A DNA stretch of 64,000 bases from Thermoanaerobaculales bacterium. GTDB taxonomy: Bacteria; Acidobacteriota; Thermoanaerobaculia; Thermoanaerobaculales; Sulfomarinibacteraceae. A program made the position numbers and the translations under genes. Below, piece after piece: positions 1 through 9,701 of the stretch (its first letter is position 1; the number at the start of each line of letters is the position of its first letter). Where the stretch lies: assembly GCA_025456145.1 (NCBI GenBank), contig JALOLD010000002.1:61549-125548 (forward strand), written 5' to 3'. Under the pieces are notes generated by a model, which saw only the letters and a program-made list of their open reading frames with translations, ran no database searches and had not been told where the DNA came from.

Positions 1-197
1 TCGAGGCGCCGAAGGGCGAGCTCGGCTACTTCGTCGTGACCACCGAGAAGAGCACCAAGCCCTACCGCTGCCGGGTCCGTCCGCCCTCCTTCGTCAACCT
101 CCAGGCCCTGCCCGACATGGTCAGGGGCCACCTGGTCGCCGATCTCGTCGCGGTCATCGGCACCCTCGACATCGTGCTCGGGGAGATCGACCGGTGA
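1..197 (+). CDS. nuoD: NADH-quinone oxidoreductase subunit D, C-terminal fragment (5' end outside window)
   Basis: Frame 3 reads [64 protein letters not shown], a typical NuoD C-terminus. The TGA at 195-197 overlaps the GTG start of nuoH (GTGA). Confidence 0.85.
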   Translation, partial: EAPKGELGYFVVTTEKSTKPYRCRVRPPSFVNLQALPDMVRGHLVADLVAVIGTLDIVLGEIDR

Positions 198-1240
198 GCG
201 GCCCCCTCCTCGACCTCGTCGTCCTGCCGGTGATCAAGCTGGTGGTCATCCTCACCGCCCTGCTGCTGGTCGTCGCCTACCTCACCCTGCTCGAGCGCAA
301 GGTGCTCGGCTACATGCAGGTCCGGCTGGGACCGAACCGGGTCGGACCGAAGGGGCTCCTGCAGCCCTTCGCCGACGTCTTCAAGCTCTTCGTCAAGGAG
401 GACCTGGTCCCGGCGCGGGCCGAGCGCTTCGTCTTCACCCTCGCGCCGATCCTGATCTTCGTGCCGTCGTTCCTGGTGTGGGCGGTGATCCCGTTCGGCG
501 AGAGCTTCACCGTCGCCGGGGTCACGGTCGAGCCGTTCATCGCCGACCTCAACATCGGCGTGCTCTTCGTCCTCGCGATCTCGTCGATCGGGGTGTACGG
601 CATCATCCTCGGCGGCTGGGCGTCGAACAACAAGTTCTCGTTGATGGGCGGGCTCCGGTCGGCGGCGCAGTTGGTCTCGTACGAGGTCCCGCTCGGCTTC
701 GCCGTGGTCTCGGTGCTGCTGCTGGCGGGCACGCTGTCGCTGGTCGGCATCGTCGAGTCGCAGCGGGCCGCCGGTCTGTGGTGGTTCGTGCCGGGCATCC
801 TGGGTTTCGGGATCTACTTCGTCTGCGGGGTCGCCGAGACCAACCGCAACCCCTTCGACCTGCCCGAGGCCGAGGCCGAGCTGGTCGCCGGCTTCCACAC
901 CGAGTACTCGGGGATGAAGTTCGCGCTCTTCTACCTCGCCGAGTACATGAACATGCTGCTCGTCTCGTCCCTCGCGGTGATCCTCTTCTTCGGCGGGTGG
1001 CTGCCGCCCTTCCCGAACCTGCTTTCGGGTCTGTGGCAGTCGCCGGCGCTCGGCTGGATCCCCCCGGTGGTCTGGTACTTCGCCAAGGTGATGGCCTTCA
1101 TCATCGTCTATATGTGGTTCCGCGGCACGTTTCCGCGCTACCGGTTCGACCAGCTCATGGCGATCGGTTGGAAGTGGCTTCTGCCGCTGTCGCTCGCCAA
1201 CGTGCTGCTGGTCGGCGTCGGCGTGCTGCTCTTCAGGTGA
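194..1240 (+). CDS. nuoH: NADH-quinone oxidoreductase subunit H
   Basis: 348-aa polytopic protein with NuoH/ND1 motifs ([47 protein letters not shown]). Lies in the nuo gene order. Confidence 0.95.
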   Translation: MSGPLLDLVVLPVIKLVVILTALLLVVAYLTLLERKVLGYMQVRLGPNRVGPKGLLQPFADVFKLFVKEDLVPARAERFVFTLAPILIFVPSFLVWAVIPFGESFTVAGVTVEPFIADLNIGVLFVLAISSIGVYGIILGGWASNNKFSLMGGLRSAAQLVSYEVPLGFAVVSVLLLAGTLSLVGIVESQRAAGLWWFVPGILGFGIYFVCGVAETNRNPFDLPEAEAELVAGFHTEYSGMKFALFYLAEYMNMLLVSSLAVILFFGGWLPPFPNLLSGLWQSPALGWIPPVVWYFAKVMAFIIVYMWFRGTFPRYRFDQLMAIGWKWLLPLSLANVLLVGVGVLLFR

Positions 1241-1245
1241 CGGGG

Positions 1246-1794
1246 ATGGGTTTCATGGACTTTCTCAGTACGCTGGTGCCGGTCGAGCTGCTCCGCGGGA
1301 TGGGGGTCACCGGCGGCTACTTCTTCCGCGCCAAGGAGACGGTGCAGTACCCGGAGCAGCGGGTCGAGCCCAAGGACCGGTTCCGCGGGCTCTTCGGCTA
1401 CGACAGCGAGCGCTGCATCGACTGCGGTCTGTGCGCCAAGGCGTGCCCGATCGAGATCATCTTCATCGCCGACCACGTCGAGGTCAGCCCGGAGACCGGC
1501 AAGAAGAAGAAGGTCATCGACCGCTACGACATCGACGTCAAGCGCTGCATGTTCTGCGGTCTGTGCGAGCAGGCCTGCCCGACCGAGCCGGCGTCGATCT
1601 GGATGACCACCAAGACCTACGAGGCCGCGGTCTACGAGCGCGACGAGGGTCTGTACTTCGACAAGAAGCGGCTCCACGAGTGGCAGGGGGTGAAGGCCTT
1701 TCCCGGGGTCAAGACGCCGGCCGAGGGCCAGGACCCGACGGACCCGCTGGGCCGGAAGCCGAAGCCCAAGCCGGTCGACGGCGACGACGGGTAG
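1246..1794 (+). CDS. nuoI: NADH-quinone oxidoreductase subunit I (2x[4Fe-4S])
   Basis: ATG at 1246, in frame with ORF 478..1794. Two ferredoxin motifs (CIDCGLCAKACP, CMFCGLCEQACP). Pro/Lys-rich C-terminal tail. Confidence 0.92.
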   Translation: MGFMDFLSTLVPVELLRGMGVTGGYFFRAKETVQYPEQRVEPKDRFRGLFGYDSERCIDCGLCAKACPIEIIFIADHVEVSPETGKKKKVIDRYDIDVKRCMFCGLCEQACPTEPASIWMTTKTYEAAVYERDEGLYFDKKRLHEWQGVKAFPGVKTPAEGQDPTDPLGRKPKPKPVDGDDG

Positions 1795-1804
1795 GGGAGG
1801 AGGC

Positions 1805-2377
1805 ATGGACTTCCTGGTCGCCAACTTCGCCGAGATCCTCTTCTACTGCTTCGCCGCGCTGACCGTGGCCGGGGCGGTCGGCGTGCTGGTCCTCAGAAGC
1901 CCGGTCCACGCCGCGCTGTCGCTGCTCCTCACCTTCGTCATGGTCGGCGCGCTCTTCCTGCTGCGCCACGCCGAGCTGCTCGCCGCCGTCCAGGTGCTGG
2001 TCTACGGCGGCGGGATCATGGTGCTCTTCCTCTTCGTCATCATGCTGGTCAACGTCAAGGGCCTCGCCTCGAGCGAGGTCTTCCTGTCCGAGCTCGCGCC
2101 GCTCGCGGTGGTCGGCGGCGTGCTGCTCGGCATCCTCGTCGCCTTCGCGCTGGTGTTCGGCGTCTTCGCCTCGGGCCAGGGCGACGGAACCGCGCTGCGG
2201 TCGGCGGGCGGCGAGGTGCTCGGTAACACCGAGGCCGTCGGGATGGTGCTCTACACCACCTACCTGGTGCCCTTCGAGGTGGTGTCGGTGGTGCTGCTCG
2301 TCGCGATGATCGGCGCCATCGTCTTCGGCCGCCGGTCGGCCGCCTTCGAGCGCCGGGGCGGGGAGGAGGGGCCATGA
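1805..2377 (+). CDS. nuoJ: NADH-quinone oxidoreductase subunit J
   Basis: 190-aa hydrophobic protein between nuoI and nuoK. ATGA overlap with nuoK. Confidence 0.88.
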   Translation: MDFLVANFAEILFYCFAALTVAGAVGVLVLRSPVHAALSLLLTFVMVGALFLLRHAELLAAVQVLVYGGGIMVLFLFVIMLVNVKGLASSEVFLSELAPLAVVGGVLLGILVAFALVFGVFASGQGDGTALRSAGGEVLGNTEAVGMVLYTTYLVPFEVVSVVLLVAMIGAIVFGRRSAAFERRGGEEGP

Positions 2378-2676
2378 TCGAGGCGACCCACTACGTCGTG
2401 CTGTCGATCATCCTCCTCTGCCTCGGGATCATCGGCGTCATGGTGCGGCGCAACTTCATCACCGTGCTGATGTCGCTCGAGCTGATGTTCAACGCGGTCA
2501 ACCTCAACCTCATCGCCTTCTCCTTCAGGCTGTCCGATCTTGCCGGCCAGGTCCTGGCGATCTTCGTCATCACGGTGGCCGCCGCCGAGGCGGCGATCGG
2601 GCTCGGGCTGATCATCGCCCTGGTTCGGCTCAAGAACACGGTCTCCCTCGACGAGGCCGACCTGATGCGGGGCTGA
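2374..2676 (+). CDS. nuoK: NADH-quinone oxidoreductase subunit K
   Basis: 100-aa three-TM protein with the LMSLELMFNAVNLN motif typical of NuoK/ND4L. Confidence 0.92.
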   Translation: MIEATHYVVLSIILLCLGIIGVMVRRNFITVLMSLELMFNAVNLNLIAFSFRLSDLAGQVLAIFVITVAAAEAAIGLGLIIALVRLKNTVSLDEADLMRG

Positions 2677-2680
2677 GGCG

Positions 2681-4780
2681 ATGAAGCTGTACGACCTGAT
2701 CTGGCTGGTCCCGCTCTTCCCTCTCGCCGGGGCGGTGTTCAACGGCCTGGTCTCGAACCGGCGCGGTCTTTCCAAGGCGGTGACCCACTCGGCGGCCCTG
2801 CTCGGCGCCGGGTTGGCCTGGCTCTACGGCTGGGCGGCGATGATCCAGTGGTTCCTCACCGAGGACCGGACGGCGCCCTACGTCGTCAGGGCCTTCGAGT
2901 GGATCTCGGGCGGCGCGGTGACGATCGCCGGCGGGCGCACCGCCGAGGTCGCGATCGCGGCGTCGTTCCAGGTCGACCCCCTGTCGGCGGTGATGGTCGG
3001 CTTCGTCACCTTCGTCGGCTTCCTCATCCACCTCTACTCGGTGGGGTACATGCACGGCGAGTCGGATCGGGCCTACGCCCGCTACTTCTCCTTTCTCAAC
3101 CTCTTCATGTTCGCGATGCTGACCCTGGTGCTCGGCTCGAACCTGCCGGTGCTGTTCGTCGGCTGGGAGGGCGTCGGGCTGTGCTCCTACCTGCTCATCG
3201 GCTTCTACTTCGAGAAGGACTGGTGCGCGGCGGCCGGGATGAAGGCGTTCATCGTCAACCGCATCGGCGACTTCGGTTTCCTGCTGGCGATCTTCTTCGC
3301 CTTCTTCTACTTCGGCACGCTGGAGTTCGACGGGCTCTTCCGGGCCATGGCGAATGACCACCACGGCGACCTCGCCGGCGCGGCGACGATCATCGGCCTG
3401 CTGCTCTTCGTCGGCGCGATCGGCAAGTCGGCCCAGCTCCCGCTCTATGTCTGGCTTCCCGACGCCATGGCCGGCCCGACCCCGGTGTCGGCGCTGATCC
3501 ACGCCGCCACCATGGTCACGGCGGGCGTCTACATGGTCGCGCGGTGCAACTACTTCTACCAGATGAGCCCGGCGGCGATGCTCACCGTCGCGGTGATCGG
3601 CGGCGTCACCGCGGTCTTCTCGGCGACCATCGGGCTGGTCCAGAACGACATCAAGAAGGTGCTCGCCTACTCGACCGTGTCCCAGCTCGGCTACATGTTC
3701 CTCGCGGCCGGGGTCGGCGCCTATATCGCGGCGATCTTCCACGTCGTCACCCACGCCTTCTTCAAGGCCTGCCTCTTCCTCGGCTCGGGCTCGGTGATCC
3801 ACGCCTGCGGCGGTGAGCAGGACATGCGTAAGATGGGCGGGCTGAGGAAGCACATGCCGACCACCTACTGGACCTTCCTGGCGGCGACCATCGCCATCGC
3901 CGGGATCCCGCCCCTCGCCGGCTTCGTCTCCAAGGACGCGATCCTCGCCAAGGTCTTCGAGGCCGGCTATACCAATCTCAACGACCACAGTGGGATCTAC
4001 TACCTGCTCTGGGTGCTGGGTCTCGGCGGCGCGGCGCTGACCGCCTTCTACATGTTCCGGCTCGTCTACATGACCTTCTTCGGTGAGTTCCGCGGCGGCG
4101 TGGAGTCCGAGCACCACCTCCACGAGTCTCCCTGGACCATGACCCTGCCGCTGCAGGTGCTCGCGGTGCTCTCGATCGTCGGCGGCCTCCTCATCGGGTT
4201 CCCCGGCCAGCTCTTCCACCTCGAGGGGTGGAGCTTCATCGACCGGTTCCTCGGCCCGGTGGTGCTCCAGGCGCACGGCGACGGCCACCATGGGCACGCC
4301 GTCGGCCTCGGTCTCGAGTGGATCCTGGTCGGGCTGTCGGTGGCGGTTGCGGTGGGTGGCATCCTGATGGCACGCCGCTTTTACCGGCTCGACCCGGCCT
4401 GGACCTGGCCGCAGCACCTGGCCGCGCGCTTCCCTCTGGCCTACCGGATGCTGCTCAACAAGTACTGGGTCGACGAGCTCTACGACGCGACCGTCGTACG
4501 CGGTACGGTCAGGCTCGCCGATCTGCTGTGGGAGCTCGACGCCCGGGTGGTCGACGGCGCGGTCAACGGGACCCGCCACGCCACGGTCGGCTCGTCGTGG
4601 CTGTCGGGGATCTTCGACCTCCAGGTGGTCGACGGCCTGGTCAACCTGCTCGGCAACGGGGTTCGGGTGACCGGACGCGAGAGCCGACGGCTCCAGGTGG
4701 GCTTCGCCCAGGGCTACGTCATGGTGATGGTCTTCGGGGCGGCGCTGCTGCTCGGCATCTTCTTCGTCGCGACACTCTAG
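2681..4780 (+). CDS. nuoL: NADH-quinone oxidoreductase subunit L
   Basis: 699-aa antiporter-like subunit (GWEGVGLCSYLLIGF, SAQLPLYVWLPDAMAGPTPVSALIHAATMV). Confidence 0.95.
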   Translation: MKLYDLIWLVPLFPLAGAVFNGLVSNRRGLSKAVTHSAALLGAGLAWLYGWAAMIQWFLTEDRTAPYVVRAFEWISGGAVTIAGGRTAEVAIAASFQVDPLSAVMVGFVTFVGFLIHLYSVGYMHGESDRAYARYFSFLNLFMFAMLTLVLGSNLPVLFVGWEGVGLCSYLLIGFYFEKDWCAAAGMKAFIVNRIGDFGFLLAIFFAFFYFGTLEFDGLFRAMANDHHGDLAGAATIIGLLLFVGAIGKSAQLPLYVWLPDAMAGPTPVSALIHAATMVTAGVYMVARCNYFYQMSPAAMLTVAVIGGVTAVFSATIGLVQNDIKKVLAYSTVSQLGYMFLAAGVGAYIAAIFHVVTHAFFKACLFLGSGSVIHACGGEQDMRKMGGLRKHMPTTYWTFLAATIAIAGIPPLAGFVSKDAILAKVFEAGYTNLNDHSGIYYLLWVLGLGGAALTAFYMFRLVYMTFFGEFRGGVESEHHLHESPWTMTLPLQVLAVLSIVGGLLIGFPGQLFHLEGWSFIDRFLGPVVLQAHGDGHHGHAVGLGLEWILVGLSVAVAVGGILMARRFYRLDPAWTWPQHLAARFPLAYRMLLNKYWVDELYDATVVRGTVRLADLLWELDARVVDGAVNGTRHATVGSSWLSGIFDLQVVDGLVNLLGNGVRVTGRESRRLQVGFAQGYVMVMVFGAALLLGIFFVATL

Positions 4781-4801
4781 GATCGGGGGAGCGGGACGAC
4801 C

Positions 4802-6427
4802 ATGGACACACAGTACGGATGGCTCCTCAACCTGATCTGTTACCTCCCGCTCGCGGGCGCCCTCCTCATGATCTTCTTCGTCGACAAGGAGAGCTCGCGC
4901 GCGGTCAAGCTCACCGCCACCGTTGTCGCCGCGGCCGACTTCGTGCTCTCGCTGCCCCTGTGGTTTCTCTACCGCACCGACGGCGCCGAGTTCCAGTTCG
5001 CCACCGAGGCGCAGTGGATCCCCTCGGTCGGCGTCCAGTACCTGTTCGGCGTCGACGGGTTCTCGATCCTGCTGATCCTCCTGACGACCCTGCTCGGCTT
5101 CATCTCGGTCTACAGCTCGTTCACCGCGATCACCCACCGTGAGAAGGAGTACTACATCTTCCTGCTGCTCCTGCAGACCGGGATGATCGGGGTGTTCTGC
5201 GCCCTCGACTTCGTCCTGTTCTACGTCTTCTGGGAGGTCATGCTGGTGCCGATGTACTTCCTCATCGGCGTCTGGGGCGGCCCCCGCAAGCTCTACGCGG
5301 CGATCAAGTTCTTCCTCTACACCCTGGTCGGCTCGGTGCTCATGCTGGTCGGCATCCTCGCCCTGTACTTCTTCAACGCCGGCGGGGTCGCGGCGATCGG
5401 CCTGACCGGTCTGGGCAACGAGGCGACGTTTTCGATCCCCCACCTCTACACCATCGCGTCGCAGATCCCGCCCGAGCTCCAGCTCTGGGTCTTCCTCGCC
5501 TTCTTCGTCGGCTTCGCGATCAAGGTGCCGATGTTCCCCTTCCACACCTGGCTGCCGGACGCCCACGTCGAGGCGCCGACCGCGGGATCGGTGATCCTGG
5601 CCGGCGTCCTGCTCAAGATGGGAACCTACGGCTTCGTCCGCTTCTCGCTGCCGCTGCTGCCCGACGCGACGGTCAGGGCGGTTCCCTGGATCGGGGCGCT
5701 GTCGATCATCGCCATCGTCTACGGCGCGCTCGTCGCGATGGCGCAGAAGGACATGAAGAAGCTCGTCGCCTACTCGTCGGTCAGCCACATGGGTTTCGTG
5801 ATGCTCGGGATGTTCGCCCTCAACGACCCGGGGCTGCGCGGCGCGATCCTCCAGATGCTCAACCACGGGGTCTCGACCGGCGCGCTCTTCCTGCTCGTCG
5901 GGATCGTCTACGAGCGGCGCCACAACCGGCTCATCGCGGAGTACGGCGGGATCGCCAAGGTCATGCCGCTGTATGCCACCTTCTTCCTGATCATCACGAT
6001 GTCGTCGATCGGCCTGCCGACCCTCAACGGCTTCATCGGCGAGTTCACCATCCTGATCGGCGCCTTCCACCACAGCTGGGTGTGGGCGCTGTTCGCCGCA
6101 TCGGGAATCGTGCTCGGCGCCGGCTACATGCTCTGGCTGTACCAGCGGGTCTTCTTCGGCGAGCTCGCCAACGAGAAGAACAAGGACCTCGCGGACCTCA
6201 ACCGCCGCGAGCAGTGGACGCTGATCCCGCTGATCGTCCTCGCCTTCTGGGTCGGGCTGTATCCGAAGCCGTTCTTCGACCGCATGCGACCGACGGTGGA
6301 CAACGTCATGAAACGGGTGGCGGTCGCCCTGCCCGAGGCCGGGATCGCGGCTCCGGGCGAGGCCTCGAGTGACGCCCCGGACGTGGCCGACCACGGCGAC
6401 GAGGCCCACCCGGAGCCCGGGGAGTAG
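4802..6427 (+). CDS. nuoM: NADH-quinone oxidoreductase subunit M
   Basis: 541-aa antiporter-like subunit (FPFHTWLPDAHVEAPTAGSVILAGVLLKMG). Confidence 0.95.
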   Translation: MDTQYGWLLNLICYLPLAGALLMIFFVDKESSRAVKLTATVVAAADFVLSLPLWFLYRTDGAEFQFATEAQWIPSVGVQYLFGVDGFSILLILLTTLLGFISVYSSFTAITHREKEYYIFLLLLQTGMIGVFCALDFVLFYVFWEVMLVPMYFLIGVWGGPRKLYAAIKFFLYTLVGSVLMLVGILALYFFNAGGVAAIGLTGLGNEATFSIPHLYTIASQIPPELQLWVFLAFFVGFAIKVPMFPFHTWLPDAHVEAPTAGSVILAGVLLKMGTYGFVRFSLPLLPDATVRAVPWIGALSIIAIVYGALVAMAQKDMKKLVAYSSVSHMGFVMLGMFALNDPGLRGAILQMLNHGVSTGALFLLVGIVYERRHNRLIAEYGGIAKVMPLYATFFLIITMSSIGLPTLNGFIGEFTILIGAFHHSWVWALFAASGIVLGAGYMLWLYQRVFFGELANEKNKDLADLNRREQWTLIPLIVLAFWVGLYPKPFFDRMRPTVDNVMKRVAVALPEAGIAAPGEASSDAPDVADHGDEAHPEPGE

Positions 6428-6430
6428 GCG

Positions 6431-7894
6431 ATGTCGCTGGCCGACTTCGTTCCGTTCACCCCGGAGATCTTCCTCGCGCTGGCCGGTTTCGTCGTGCTGA
6501 TCGCGGGGATCCCGCTGGGTCGCCGGGGTGCGCGGCCGGCGATCGTCGGCGCGGTCGCAGCCCTCGCCCTCACCGCGGTCCTCGTCCTCGCGCTCGGCCG
6601 ACCCGCGGCCGGACCGCAGCAGATCCTCGGCGACATGCTGGTGATCGACGGGCTGGCCGTCTTCTTCAAGCTGCTGGTGCTGGCGGTCTCGGCGGCCGCG
6701 TTGCTGCTGTCGGCCGGCTTCATCGAGCGCTCGGGATACAGCAGCGGCGAGTTCTCGGCCCTGGTCTTGTTCGCCGATCTCGGGATGTTCGTCATGGCCT
6801 CGTCGGCCAACCTCGCGACGCTCTACGTCGGCGTCGAGCTGATGGCGCTGTCGGTCTACATCCTGGTCGGTTACTTCAAGCTCGAGCTCAAGTCCAACGA
6901 GGGCGCGGTCAAGTACTTCGTGATCGGCGCCGCGTCGTCGGCGGTGCTGCTGTACGGGATCTCGCTGGTCTACGGGACGACCGGCAGCCTCGATCTCGAG
7001 ACCATCCGTTCGAGCCTCGCCGAGGTGCCCCACGACAACATCCTACTGCTCGTCGGGATCGTCCTCATCGCCTTCGCGATCCTCTTCAAGGTCGCGGCGG
7101 TACCGTTCCACGTGTGGACGCCGGACGCCTACGAGGGCGCGCCGACCCCGGTGACCGCCTTCATCTCGGTGGCGCCGAAGGCGGCAGCCTTCGCGCTCTT
7201 CATCCGGCTCTTCGCCGGCACCTTCGCCGGTGAGGTCGACAGCTGGGGCCTGGTCCTCTGGCTCGCCTGCGCCGCGACCCTTGTCTACGGCACCCTGGCG
7301 GCGATGACCCAGGACAACGTCAAGCGGCTGCTCGCCTACTCGTCGATCTCGCACGCCGGCTACACGCTCATGGGGGTGGTCGCCGCCTCGGACGCCGGCA
7401 CCTGGGCGGTGATGGTCCACATGGCGGTGTACGCCCTGATGAACCTGGGTGGGTTCGGCGTCGTGATCCTGCTCGAGTCCAAGGGCTATGCCGACGTCCG
7501 GGTCGATGACTTCGCCGGGCTCGCCCGTCGCCATCCCGGGATCGCGGCCGCCATGCTGATCTTCCTGCTGAGCCTCGGCGGGATCCCGCCGACCGCTGGT
7601 TTCATGGGCAAGCTCTACCTGTGGTCGGCGCTTCTCGGCTCGGGCTTCGTCGGGCTGACCGTCATCTCGGTCGCGACATCGGCGGCGAGCCTCTACTACT
7701 ACCTGCGGATCGTCGTCCAGATGTACCTCAGGGAGGATGGCGCCGACGCCGGCGCCCCGGTCGAGCCGTTGCGCGACCGCTGGGCCGAGGCGGTGATCGC
7801 CGGGTGTGCCCTCCTGACGCTCGCCGTGGGCGTCTGGCCGGCGCCGCTGGTGAGCTGGGCGAAGACCGGGCTCGACGCGCTCGGGCTGGTCTGA
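6431..7894 (+). CDS. nuoN: NADH-quinone oxidoreductase subunit N
   Basis: 487-aa antiporter-like subunit (VPFHVWTPDAYEGAPTPVTAFISVAPK). Last gene of the nuo order. Confidence 0.93.
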   Translation: MSLADFVPFTPEIFLALAGFVVLIAGIPLGRRGARPAIVGAVAALALTAVLVLALGRPAAGPQQILGDMLVIDGLAVFFKLLVLAVSAAALLLSAGFIERSGYSSGEFSALVLFADLGMFVMASSANLATLYVGVELMALSVYILVGYFKLELKSNEGAVKYFVIGAASSAVLLYGISLVYGTTGSLDLETIRSSLAEVPHDNILLLVGIVLIAFAILFKVAAVPFHVWTPDAYEGAPTPVTAFISVAPKAAAFALFIRLFAGTFAGEVDSWGLVLWLACAATLVYGTLAAMTQDNVKRLLAYSSISHAGYTLMGVVAASDAGTWAVMVHMAVYALMNLGGFGVVILLESKGYADVRVDDFAGLARRHPGIAAAMLIFLLSLGGIPPTAGFMGKLYLWSALLGSGFVGLTVISVATSAASLYYYLRIVVQMYLREDGADAGAPVEPLRDRWAEAVIAGCALLTLAVGVWPAPLVSWAKTGLDALGLV

Positions 7895-7916
7895 GCGGCG
7901 GGGACGGGGGTCGTCG

Positions 7917-8195
7917 ATGACGGCTCGCAAACGGAGCATGCAGCAGGCGAGCAACTGGCTCAACGCCTCGATCGTCGGCATCCAGTTCCCGATCGCCATG
8001 GCGATCGGCTACTTCTGGGGCCGCTGGATGGACTCCTGGTTCGGCACCGAGCCCTGGCTGACCATCGTCTTCTTCGTCTTCGGTCTCATCGCCGGCTTTG
8101 TCAACCTGTTCCGCATCACTCTCTCGACCGGGCGCCAGGAAGAGCAGCTGTCCCGGGAGGATGACGATCCCGATGGCGGCGCCGACGCCCCCTGA
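7917..8195 (+). CDS. AtpZ/AtpR-like small F0F1-associated membrane protein
   Basis: 92 aa with two TM helices and the pattern GYFWGRWMDSWFGTEPWLTIVFFVFGLIAGFVNLFR, typical of the 'putative F0F1-ATPase subunit' family. Lies 22 nt after nuoN and directly upstream of atpI/atpB. Confidence 0.65.
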   Translation: MTARKRSMQQASNWLNASIVGIQFPIAMAIGYFWGRWMDSWFGTEPWLTIVFFVFGLIAGFVNLFRITLSTGRQEEQLSREDDDPDGGADAP

Positions 8196-8571
8196 GAACC
8201 CGCGGCGATTCTCCCTCGACAACGTCGTCCGACTGGCCTGGGTGTTTGTATTCTCAGGCGCAATCTCAGAACTTGTGATTTTTCACTCAATCGCCGGCGC
8301 TGTGAGCTTGACCGCGGCCGGCACGGTGGCTATTATCAATTTTCGGTGGTTGGAGGTCGTCGTCGAGGGGGTGGTCCAGCCCGTCCGACCGCGGTTCACC
8401 CTCGCCTCGATTCTCCGGATCATCGGCCGTTTCGGTCTGCTCGCAGGTGTGCTCGCGGCGCTCGTCTGGGTGCCGCAGGTTGACCCGGTGGCGGTGACCC
8501 TCGGGTTTTCGGCCCTGGTGGCCGCCCTCGTCGTCGAGGGGGTCCGCGGGGGTCGAGTTGGAGGAGGTTGA
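8161..8571 (+). CDS. atpI: ATP synthase protein I (AtpI-like)
   Basis: Hydrophobic ~136-aa product immediately upstream of atpB. Start is uncertain: ATG 8161 or 8173, both inside ORF 8098..8571. Confidence 0.55.
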   Translation: MTIPMAAPTPPENPRRFSLDNVVRLAWVFVFSGAISELVIFHSIAGAVSLTAAGTVAIINFRWLEVVVEGVVQPVRPRFTLASILRIIGRFGLLAGVLAALVWVPQVDPVAVTLGFSALVAALVVEGVRGGRVGGG

Positions 8572-9322
8572 GTTGGAACATCCGCTGTCGATCCTCTTTC
8601 ACCCGATCAACAAGCTGCTGATCGCCCTGCTCGGCGAGTCGAGCGACCGGTGGCAGGGAATGATGGGTCTCCACCACCACGGCTACTGGCTCCCCGACAA
8701 CGCGATCATGGCGATGCTCGTGGTGGTGCTCGTCGCCGCGGTCCTGATCCCGGTCCGTCGCAGCCTCTCGGTCGAGGCGCCGGGCAAGCTCCAGTCGGCG
8801 CTCGAGACGCTGCTCACCGGGCTCGAGGGTCTCATCGAGGACGTCGTCGGCCACGGCACCAGCAAGCGCTTCCTGCCGATCATCTGCGGTCTCGCCATCT
8901 TCATCTTCGTCGGCAACATCTTCGGGATCTTCTACTTCGTGCAGCCGCCGACGGCGGACCCGAGCACGACCTTCGCGCTCTCGATCACCGCCTTCCTGGT
9001 CTACAACGTGGTCGGCATCCGTCAGAACGGGTTGTGGAAGTACCTCAAGCACTTCGCCGGCCCGCTGCCGCTGCTCGCCCCGCTGATGGTGCCGATCGAG
9101 GTCATCTCGCACCTCGCCCGGATGCTCTCGCTGGCGCTGCGGCTGTTCGGCAACATCTTCGGCGAGCACACCGCGACGGGGATCTTCTTCGGGATGTTCC
9201 CGTTCATCCTGCCCTGGCCGATGATGTGCCTCGGGATCTTCGGCGCGCTGCTCCAGGCCTTCATCTTCATCATGCTCACGATGGCATATCTCAACGGCGC
9301 CGTGGGCGCCGAGGAACATTAA
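8558..9322 (+). CDS. atpB: F0F1 ATP synthase subunit a
   Basis: 254 aa. Carries the conserved stator Arg motif LSLALRLFGNIFGEH and a C-terminal helix pair. TTG start as given by the ORF track. Confidence 0.92.
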   Translation: MEEVELEHPLSILFHPINKLLIALLGESSDRWQGMMGLHHHGYWLPDNAIMAMLVVVLVAAVLIPVRRSLSVEAPGKLQSALETLLTGLEGLIEDVVGHGTSKRFLPIICGLAIFIFVGNIFGIFYFVQPPTADPSTTFALSITAFLVYNVVGIRQNGLWKYLKHFAGPLPLLAPLMVPIEVISHLARMLSLALRLFGNIFGEHTATGIFFGMFPFILPWPMMCLGIFGALLQAFIFIMLTMAYLNGAVGAEEH

Positions 9323-9360
9323 CCGGGACGTTCACAAAGATCCTTTGGAGGAGGAAGAGC

Positions 9361-9678
9361 ATGAGTCGTCGTTTTGCAACCTTGGCAGTGGTACTCGTGG
9401 CGCTCGCGTTGGCCGCTCCGGCCATGGCTCAGGAACACGGTGAGGCCGCCGGCGGCGCCGCCAGCCCGTGGGGCCTCTTCGCCCCCGCCTTGGCGATCGG
9501 TCTCGCGGCCGCCTTCGGCTCGCTCGGTCAGGGCAAGGGTCTGGCCGCCGCGTGCGAGGCGATCGGCCGCAACCCGGGCGCCGTCGGTCCGATCCGGATC
9601 ACCATGATCATCGGTCTCGCGCTCATCGAGTCCCTGGTGATCTACGCGCTGATCATCGCCTTCCTGCTGCTGCCGTAG
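9361..9678 (+). CDS. atpE: F0F1 ATP synthase subunit c with an N-terminal signal-peptide-like extension
   Basis: ATG 9361, the last 105 codons of ORF 8650..9678. Helix 1 is GSLGQGKGLAAACEAIGRNPG and helix 2 is IGLALIESLVIYALIIAFLLL, with the carboxylate Glu. An extra N-terminal stretch, MSRRFATLAVVLVALALAAPAMAQE, precedes them. Confidence 0.9.
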   Translation: MSRRFATLAVVLVALALAAPAMAQEHGEAAGGAASPWGLFAPALAIGLAAAFGSLGQGKGLAAACEAIGRNPGAVGPIRITMIIGLALIESLVIYALIIAFLLLP

Positions 9679-9701
9679 CCGAGTCCCGCACCCGAAAACC
9701 G

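Noticed and set aside
478-1245. Upstream part of ORF 478..1794.
   Set aside because: It overlaps nuoH out of frame. NuoI begins at ATG 1246 (MGFMDFLSTLV...).
2630-7033. 1467-aa ORF antisense to nuoL/nuoM/nuoN, the longest ORF on the minus strand.
   Set aside because: It lies exactly opposite three unmistakable nuo genes. Its product is low-complexity and rich in R, D, E, G and P, with no motifs. Long stop-free antisense frames are expected in ~70% GC DNA.
8650-9360. Upstream 237 codons of ORF 8650..9678, which would give a 342-aa protein.
   Set aside because: This part overlaps atpB out of frame and is Arg/Pro/Gly-rich. Only the final 105 codons, from ATG 9361 with its own context, form the ATP synthase c-subunit.
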